DNA of 30,633 nucleotides from a virus. Lineage: Duplodnaviria > Caudoviricetes. The position numbers and the translations under genes were made by a program. Within the stretch, counting starts at the first letter, position 1. Every line of letters starts with the position of its first letter. This document shows, piece after piece, positions 24,546-30,633 of this stretch. The stretch is from positions 1-30,633 of the IMG/VR virus record IMGVR_UViG_3300013094_000183, one strand, 5' to 3'. Under the pieces are notes generated by a model. The model had not been told where the DNA came from. It did not search any database and saw nothing but the letters and a program-made list of their open reading frames with translations.

Positions 24546-25310
24546 TTATATTCCTTTTAAAATGTTGGGGTTAATCTCCCCTATATTATCCAAGTTCCTG
24601 CCTGCATAGTCATTATTTAGTAGAACATGTTGCATTGTGGCAATCCTTGCACTCCTCTTGCAGTCTGACTTAACTACTATCCAAGGGTTATCCTCTGATG
24701 TGTATTTAAGTATGCTCCGTTCTGCATGGGTATATTCATCCCACTTATCCTGACTTACCCTATCAATCGGGGATAACTTACCTAATTTCAAAGGGTTGCT
24801 TTCCCTTTCTTTAAACCGCCGTTCCTGCTCTTTTTTACTAACGTCTAACCAAAACTTAATAAGGCATATGCCACTTTCTTGCCACATCTCTTCCATTGTG
24901 TAACATTGGCTATAGAAAATAGCAACCTCGTCGGTTGTGGCAAAACCCATGACTCTCTCAACAGTTGCTCGGTTATACCAAGACCTATCCCATAGGGTAA
25001 CTTCTCCTGTACGTGGTAGTTCCTTGATAAACCGTTGCCAATACCATTGCATACGTTCTTGCTCGGTAGGTTTGTCCAATGCTACGACTCGGGCGGACTT
25101 TGGATTCATATGTTCCATAAATCGTTTAATCGTACCGCCCTTGCCTGCACCATCTCGTCCCTCAAAAACCACCATATGCTTCTGACCAGTATCTTTGACG
25201 TGGTGTTGCCACTTCAATAGTTCTACTTGCAAAGCATACTTCTTAGTATCAAATTCCTTTTGGGACATAAGATTCCTAGGTGATTCCTCGGTTTGATCAA
25301 TCGTGCTCAC
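24546..25310 (-). CDS. ppk2: Polyphosphate kinase 2 (single-domain)
   Basis: LQVELLKWQ, FEGRDGAGKGGTIKR (Walker A), KPTEQE..QWYWQRF, DRSWYNR (Walker B), IKFWL.VS..EQ..RF, KLSP.D lid, PW.VV.SD.K..AR. Confidence 0.93.
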   Translation of the reverse strand: MSTIDQTEESPRNLMSQKEFDTKKYALQVELLKWQHHVKDTGQKHMVVFEGRDGAGKGGTIKRFMEHMNPKSARVVALDKPTEQERMQWYWQRFIKELPRTGEVTLWDRSWYNRATVERVMGFATTDEVAIFYSQCYTMEEMWQESGICLIKFWLDVSKKEQERRFKERESNPLKLGKLSPIDRVSQDKWDEYTHAERSILKYTSEDNPWIVVKSDCKRSARIATMQHVLLNNDYAGRNLDNIGEINPNILKGI

Positions 25311-25674
25311 TTAGCCCTCTATTAACATTACTCAAAACATCGTCAACGACAGAGCCTTGTCTTATTACGGTGTTATAGATACCAAATACTTTACGGTTCA
25401 TGAACTCTCGTTCCTCTTCGTCTTTATAGTTGAAATGAACATTAGCAGTTTTTGTAAATTCATGTAGCAACGCAGTATCTAAATGTTTATCTACAAACGT
25501 TCGGTTTACTCCGTGCTCATACTTTAACTTATCGAATGCAGGAATAACGTCTTTGTACAAATATAAAGTTTTATTAACATCATCTACACTCGCCATTGAT
25601 GGATCTATAGCTAGCATCAGATATAACAGACGCATTATGATCCAATCCTTTTCACTCATATCTTCAATCTTCAT
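25297..25674 (-). CDS. Hypothetical protein
   Basis: ORF track 25297..25689; likely start MKIEDM at 25674 after AAGGGAG. Confidence 0.65.
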   Translation of the reverse strand: MKIEDMSEKDWIIMRLLYLMLAIDPSMASVDDVNKTLYLYKDVIPAFDKLKYEHGVNRTFVDKHLDTALLHEFTKTANVHFNYKDEEEREFMNRKVFGIYNTVIRQGSVVDDVLSNVNRGLSEHD

Positions 25675-26251
25675 GTACGCTCCCTTCACCCCAAGTCTCG
25701 TTCATAATCTCAGCGTAGTTAAACTTTTCACCTACACAATCTTTAATGTAAACAGTTTCTACACTAACATCTTTGAGTGTGTCGTTGTAAAGATAAACAA
25801 ACTTGGGTATTTGAACTAACCCTCTAGCAAACTGCATGCCTAAAGGTGTGACTCGCCATAGTCCGCTAGATCTTTTCTCTGAATCTTCACGAACTAACTT
25901 TTCATTACCTTCATCGTCTATCTCTACCTTGACTGACATATCTAAGTTCATAGGTTGAATTAAATGCCACCACTTCAATGTAGCAAATGTATAAGTTGCT
26001 ACCACAGACTTAGGTGCTACTCTTGGCATATCAATCCAGTTCTCACCATGATTACTTGCCATCCATAGTAATGACTTCACCATAGATTCTGATACTTTGT
26101 AACGATATACCTTACCCCATCTGTCGCAACAAGGGCAATGCCCTCCCTTGTCACGTATCGTCAAGTCCCAGTTGTTTCTTGCTTGCTCAAGCGTTGTTTG
26201 TGCAGGGGGTGGTCTAAACCGTAATGCTTTGATTTGATCAAGCGTTATCAT
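25664..26251 (-). CDS. Hypothetical protein with CPCC knuckle and probable winged-helix domain
   Basis: GHCPCCDR; LKWWHLI and GLWRVTPLG..F resemble a wHTH wing. Confidence 0.65.
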   Translation of the reverse strand: MITLDQIKALRFRPPPAQTTLEQARNNWDLTIRDKGGHCPCCDRWGKVYRYKVSESMVKSLLWMASNHGENWIDMPRVAPKSVVATYTFATLKWWHLIQPMNLDMSVKVEIDDEGNEKLVREDSEKRSSGLWRVTPLGMQFARGLVQIPKFVYLYNDTLKDVSVETVYIKDCVGEKFNYAEIMNETWGEGSVHED

Positions 26252-26604
26252 TATCTTTTTCCTTCCAAGTATTTAATTACCGCCTTAGCGTCAAGCAATG
26301 CTGATCTAGAAAATTCAAGTTCATCTTGCAAGGCATCATGCTTACCCCGCCAATCTAAGCACCATTGATGATACTTAGCGATTTCGGCTTCAAGTCCTTT
26401 GATGATCTTGTTAACGTCTTGCTTCACAGTGGTAGTCGGCTGACTACCTGCTTTCTTAACGTGTTTAGTTTTAACATAGTTACGTAGGGCATATGTACGT
26501 TGTACAGTTACACCTAACCTTGCCGCCATATCACTAACGGATATGTTTGGTTCTACTTTTAAAAGTTCAATCGATTTTGCTACTAGTGTTTGTTTCTTGC
26601 TCAT
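26251..26604 (-). CDS. Putative HTH + coiled-coil protein
   Basis: PNISVSDMAARLGVTVQRTY HTH-like; heptad C-terminus; RBS ACAGGAGAA. Confidence 0.65.
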   Translation of the reverse strand: MSKKQTLVAKSIELLKVEPNISVSDMAARLGVTVQRTYALRNYVKTKHVKKAGSQPTTTVKQDVNKIIKGLEAEIAKYHQWCLDWRGKHDALQDELEFSRSALLDAKAVIKYLEGKR

Positions 26605-26899
26605 TTAATTCTCCTGTTGTTAATAAAGATGGAAGATACTTAACGTCATCTTCCCTTACTACTAAAGCCACACCACCGCAGTCAATAATCTTTTTAAGAT
26701 TAAGTTCTTGCAATGTAGTTAGCTTTCCTTTTCCAGCTTTAGTTTCAATGCCGAAAAATAGACCTTTATGGCAGACTAAAAAATCAGGTGCACCTTGCTT
26801 ACCGTAACCGCCTGTAACTGGCATCACGTAATAAGCACCAAGCCCATCAAGGACTTGGCGCACTTGTTTTTTAACTTTCCCCTCGGGGGTCAGTGCCAT
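26567..26899 (-). CDS. VRR-NUC domain nuclease / Holliday junction resolvase-like
   Basis: Likely start MALTPEGKVK (26899) after AAGGAG; GAPDFL, FFGIETKAG, LTTLQ, GG.A.VV motifs. Confidence 0.88.
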   Translation of the reverse strand: MALTPEGKVKKQVRQVLDGLGAYYVMPVTGGYGKQGAPDFLVCHKGLFFGIETKAGKGKLTTLQELNLKKIIDCGGVALVVREDDVKYLPSLLTTGELNEQETNTSSKID

Positions 26900-27293
26900 C
26901 GTTCTCTCCTTTGAAAACCCAATAAATACTACTGTTAATACGACGACCAACGTTCTTGATTTCTTCGTTCTGCTTTGTGTGATCAAGTAACATTAAGACT
27001 GCAAGTTTATCTTGCACCCATTTTGGTAATTCGTCAACACTATCATAAGACATTTTTAACTCAGGTGCAAAGTTTTCTAATAAATCATAACAATCTGTTT
27101 GCACACTACTATCGGTATTAACCTTGATTCGATAGATAGGTTCTTCCTTTATCATTTCAAGGATTTGCATAAGTTCTTCTTCGGGTGCTGATAACATCTT
27201 TTTTCCGTGTTCGTCCACAGCATTAGCGTGAAAGCCCAAGTCATAAAAGATGTGTATATACATCGACTTCTCTCGTTTAGCGGCATCGTACAT
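26871..27293 (-). CDS. Hypothetical protein
   Basis: 140 aa; C-terminal LPKWVQDKLAVL...VGRRI...YWV resembles the end of the upstream 326-aa protein. Confidence 0.7.
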   Translation of the reverse strand: MYDAAKREKSMYIHIFYDLGFHANAVDEHGKKMLSAPEEELMQILEMIKEEPIYRIKVNTDSSVQTDCYDLLENFAPELKMSYDSVDELPKWVQDKLAVLMLLDHTKQNEEIKNVGRRINSSIYWVFKGENDGTDPRGES

Positions 27294-27294
27294 A

Positions 27295-28275
27295 TTAACC
27301 TCGTTCTATATAGTAAGTAACTTCATCAATCTTCTGACCAACTTTGTCTACATATTGCCCATCGCTTAAGATACTAAGGACAGATATGCTACCTACGATG
27401 TCTTCAGGGAGACTTGACATAGGGTAGGTAGTCGGCTGACTACTCATCTCAGGTCTTTGCGAATTTCTACGCACGTCATCTACCTCTTGTACATCAACAT
27501 ACATATCCTCTCCGACCTTACGGCAACGCACAAATAACATCTGTACCTTACGTACTTCCTCGGCTCTTGCTTCGGCAACGGCTTCCTCTACTTGCTCTGC
27601 CGCTTTTTTAAATGCCTCGGTCTTAAACTGTATACCCAAAGACTTAAGATGTAAAAGTTCTGCCAGTACTTCTTGGTTACTGTTAGTAACTATTCTTGAT
27701 ACATCACGCATCTTGTTCTGTGCTTTGTCATACACAGTAGACACAGATCTATGTACGCTATCATAAAATGCCGTTGCTAGTTCCTTATGGGTATATGGCA
27801 CAAGATATTTACACGCATTTTTTACGGCTTTGTTAGCATCTGCTGACATAATCATATGGTATTGATCTCGGTGCGTATCATACTTATCATTCATGATCTT
27901 GCGACTGTATACACCATAGCTAGGTACTGCCTTGTTACTATCTTTCTTGACTGCATAGTTACGGAAACCCACCCAACCTAAGTCAAATGGAAACTCATCC
28001 ATCACTACACAGAACTCATCAACGATGAAACATCTCCCCTGTACACCTGTCGCAACGACGTGTTGTACTGACGTTACCTCGGCAGGGATTAGCTTAGCAC
28101 TTGGCATACTTTGTTGTAGTGTAGTTAAGAACCCGACCATCTCTTGTGGCACAGGACAATCGCTGTACCAATGAAGCCAGTTACACTCTTTGCTCGTCTG
28201 CTTAGCCCGAGCGACCCTCTCTCGATAGTTATCGTTTGCCAATATTCGCTTAATGTCTACTAGTTTTGCAGTCAT
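27295..28275 (-). CDS. Hypothetical early protein
   Basis: 326 aa, RBS AAGGAGAA; ends LPEDIVGSISVL...VGQKI...YYI. Confidence 0.75.
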   Translation of the reverse strand: MTAKLVDIKRILANDNYRERVARAKQTSKECNWLHWYSDCPVPQEMVGFLTTLQQSMPSAKLIPAEVTSVQHVVATGVQGRCFIVDEFCVVMDEFPFDLGWVGFRNYAVKKDSNKAVPSYGVYSRKIMNDKYDTHRDQYHMIMSADANKAVKNACKYLVPYTHKELATAFYDSVHRSVSTVYDKAQNKMRDVSRIVTNSNQEVLAELLHLKSLGIQFKTEAFKKAAEQVEEAVAEARAEEVRKVQMLFVRCRKVGEDMYVDVQEVDDVRRNSQRPEMSSQPTTYPMSSLPEDIVGSISVLSILSDGQYVDKVGQKIDEVTYYIERG

Positions 28276-28286
28276 ATTTATTCTCC

Positions 28287-29189
28287 TTAAACCATGTCTA
28301 TTAAATAAAAGTTACCTGTCTTGCGAACCAAATCCCTAAGCATTTTGAATGAATTTGCTTTGGGTTGGAATCGTCCCTGCTCTAATGCATTCATCTCATT
28401 AGCTATACAAACTGCAAATGCCATACGTTTATCGTGTTGTTCATCTTCTAGTAGTCCACGGACTACCTCAGATCCAACTTGTTTAGTCCAATACCAATAA
28501 CTACCACCGCCAGTTAGTGTTTCTGCATATTCATGACGGTTACTATTAAGTGTTTCACCTAGTACAGGAAGAACTATCTGCATCCAATCCCACAGCTCCC
28601 GTACCTTCGGAGCGTAACTCCTGTCAAGATCTTTATCAATCCTTCTCGTTTGCATAGGTAACAGATCACTAACACGCTCGAACCCATCAGGATTTATATC
28701 TTTAAACACTAACGTATTATCTTTAATACTTGTAAATATTTTAGTGTTGTGATCGTAGCTACCTTGTGACTTCGGCAAGTAAAACTCTTTCCAAGTTCCA
28801 TCTTTATTTCTTTGATGAACAAAGTGTTTACCGTTGCTACCCCAATCAAAGCGCATACCTTGTGGTAAGTACCTATCTATAAACTGATAGCGAGATACCG
28901 ATGAACCACCGTTTAGGTTGTTACGTATAGTAATGTAGTCACCATCAGGCTTGCGTTCCCATGTAATCGGACAAACGTTCTGATATGTCCCCTCGGGGTT
29001 ATTACCACCTGCACCCCAGTATGCCCAGTTACCATCCATCAATAGGTACTTGGTATCACTTACTTTGTGTATACGATTCCACCAATACCGACGTTGACCC
29101 AATGGACGAATGTCCTCAGTGCGCTTCCGAATCGGCTTAGTTTCCGCATAATGTTTTGCTACTTGGTCAAACGTATTGAACATTCCCAT
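28287..29189 (-). CDS. Hypothetical early protein
   Basis: Likely start MGMFNTF at 29189 (RBS ACAGGAGAA, TAATG overlap) rather than 29270; 300 aa. Confidence 0.75.
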   Translation of the reverse strand: MGMFNTFDQVAKHYAETKPIRKRTEDIRPLGQRRYWWNRIHKVSDTKYLLMDGNWAYWGAGGNNPEGTYQNVCPITWERKPDGDYITIRNNLNGGSSVSRYQFIDRYLPQGMRFDWGSNGKHFVHQRNKDGTWKEFYLPKSQGSYDHNTKIFTSIKDNTLVFKDINPDGFERVSDLLPMQTRRIDKDLDRSYAPKVRELWDWMQIVLPVLGETLNSNRHEYAETLTGGGSYWYWTKQVGSEVVRGLLEDEQHDKRMAFAVCIANEMNALEQGRFQPKANSFKMLRDLVRKTGNFYLIDMV

Positions 29190-29317
29190 TATTCTTCTCC
29201 TGTTATTAACTTGATTAACATTGTTGCTACATAAATGACAACAGCTACCAATGCAACGGCTACCGCACAAACACTTAAGCCTATTAAGTACCTCGTAAAC
29301 TCGGTAAACATATCCAT
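29189..29317 (-). CDS. Small single-pass membrane protein (42 aa)
   Basis: Hand translation: MDMFTEFTRYLIGLSVCAVAVALVAVVIYVATMLIKLITGEE*; RBS GAGGAG. Confidence 0.7.
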   Translation of the reverse strand: MDMFTEFTRYLIGLSVCAVAVALVAVVIYVATMLIKLITGEE

Positions 29318-30505
29318 TTAGTTCTCCTCAATATGTACAGTCACACCAACATCTGCGTTGGCACTCTTATTACCTTGAATACACCACAACACAGGCACAG
29401 TCCACCGACCCCATGACCCACCCAAATAGCCATCTGTTAACACAACAACACACTCGGGCTTGATGCCATGCTCGTTCATATACATCGGCACACACTCGAC
29501 GTTAGTACCACCGCCCCCTGCAGGCTTGGTAGACTTCACCAAATCATCAAGTTCATCTTGCATATAAACTTCTTCCTTACATACGTCCGTGTCCCAATAC
29601 AACATACGAACCTTGCTCGGCTTAACCTGATCACAGATACCTTTGACCTCTGTTAAGAACTTCATCAGTTCATGCTGACCAATCGAACCCGACGTATCTA
29701 TGGCTATGACAATCTCACCGATTGATTCACTAATGCTTGACGGCATTAACATATCCATACCCACATATCTACGGTTAGGTTTGCGCCATGTAGAGTAGTC
29801 TTTACCTGCACAAGTTGTTGTCACAAAGTCACGTAGTAACTCTTTCCAATCTTTCTTGGTTTGCAATAACTCACTAATATCACGTAACCCACCAGTACCC
29901 ATCTTGCCTGCCATGATTGCGCCTTGCCTTACAGCTTCATCAATATCTTTGGCTAACTCCTCAGCTTCTTCGGCAGATAACGCTTGAGCACCCTCCCAGT
30001 CATGGTCATCGAAACCAGTGCCCTCACCCAAACCTTGACCTTTACCTTTTCCATTACTAGGTGGTAGTAAGTCAAAGACTTGTTTAGAGTCCATGCCTGC
30101 ATACTTGAGATCCATCAGCCCACCATCGGGCATTCGTATCCACCCACTCCTACATGCATCGGTATCTGTTAACTTGTGATTGATTACATAGTCACATGCT
30201 TGGTTGGCCCGTTCATGATCTAAGTCATGCAGATACTTCCATGTAGTCAAGTGTCGATACATCTTGTGATAACACTCATGCAACATTAAGAATCTAAACT
30301 CAGCGTCATTCAAAGAGTCAACAAACTCCCGACCATACTTCTCGTCACGTCCGTTGGTACATGCAGTTGGTAGTCCGTCGACTACTTCTTTGTTGCCAAT
30401 CATGAGCACCCCTGCAAGGGCGACGAACTCTTCCCGACCTACGATGTCAGTCGTAGCCTTCATAAGTCGTTGCTCTGCAGTTAATGGTTTACCTATTGCT
30501 AACAT
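29318..30505 (-). CDS. Metallopeptidase + vWA domain protein (DUF2201-like)
   Basis: TACTNG, HECYH (HExxH), N.ACD..IN; MIDAS DTSGS, GGGGT, LTDGY. Confidence 0.88.
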   Translation of the reverse strand: MLAIGKPLTAEQRLMKATTDIVGREEFVALAGVLMIGNKEVVDGLPTACTNGRDEKYGREFVDSLNDAEFRFLMLHECYHKMYRHLTTWKYLHDLDHERANQACDYVINHKLTDTDACRSGWIRMPDGGLMDLKYAGMDSKQVFDLLPPSNGKGKGQGLGEGTGFDDHDWEGAQALSAEEAEELAKDIDEAVRQGAIMAGKMGTGGLRDISELLQTKKDWKELLRDFVTTTCAGKDYSTWRKPNRRYVGMDMLMPSSISESIGEIVIAIDTSGSIGQHELMKFLTEVKGICDQVKPSKVRMLYWDTDVCKEEVYMQDELDDLVKSTKPAGGGGTNVECVPMYMNEHGIKPECVVVLTDGYLGGSWGRWTVPVLWCIQGNKSANADVGVTVHIEEN

Positions 30506-30516
30506 AATGTTTCTCC

Positions 30517-30633
30517 TTATTTTTTATCTGCGCTAAACATGAAGTTGTTGTCCATGCACCATTGAGTAAACTTCTTATTACCCATGACCATAGACTGACG
30601 TTGATACTTCGGATTGCGTACCTGCATAGCGAA
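30517..30633 (-). CDS. C-terminus of a probable AAA+ (MoxR-like) ATPase, truncated by window edge
   Basis: FAMQVRNPKYQRQSMVMGNKKFTQWCMDNNFMFSADKK*; product inferred only from the F..W...N..F end and its position directly upstream of a DUF2201-vWA gene. Confidence 0.45.
   Translation of the reverse strand, partial: FAMQVRNPKYQRQSMVMGNKKFTQWCMDNNFMFSADKK

Noticed and set aside
11818-30536. Plus-strand ORFs opposite the replication arm (e.g. 11818-12123, 13931-14203, 14876-15097, 15121-15417, 24937-25185, 26547-26807)
   Set aside because: Antisense to well-supported, tightly packed minus-strand genes; no independent support.
1-30633. tRNA, rRNA, introns or inteins
   Set aside because: No cloverleaf or rRNA-like segment seen in the few intergenic gaps; polymerase, helicase and primase are uninterrupted and of ordinary length.

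Overview
A 30.6-kb piece of a tailed dsDNA phage genome, probably a podovirus, with two convergent arms. The + strand (1-11734) is the end of the virion module: a tail-associated protein fragment, a cupin-fold protein, a GNAT-like protein, two low-complexity internal/ejection proteins and a 2076-aa polyvalent-type virion protein with an HExxH motif. The - strand (11823-30633) is the early/replication arm: a probable AAA ATPase end plus vWA-metallopeptidase, VRR-NUC nuclease, polyphosphate kinase 2, family A DNA polymerase, Cas4/RecB-like nuclease, HNH-like protein, SNF2 helicase, excisionase-like HTH, SSB-like protein and a primase-helicase. Two arrays of mini-genes lie between the polymerase and the nuclease. 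The first (20168-21397) is a modular MNNEPVAWM...KAQEK cassette array. The second (19554-20171) is the main finding. It has four overlapping 54-61 aa ORFs, three missed by the ORF track, spaced at about 160 bp by a degenerate 25-nt repeat that encodes a Y-x-x-[EK]-V-D-F-D tag and also supplies the next gene's RBS and start. From my recollection of the protein families, three cargo segments resemble different pieces of a phage major capsid protein and one resembles a scaffold C-terminus, suggesting an early-expressed capsid-mimic/decoy peptide array. A candidate ~77-nt small RNA with an anti-Shine-Dalgarno loop sits at the convergence point. All homology statements come from motif recognition, not from searches.
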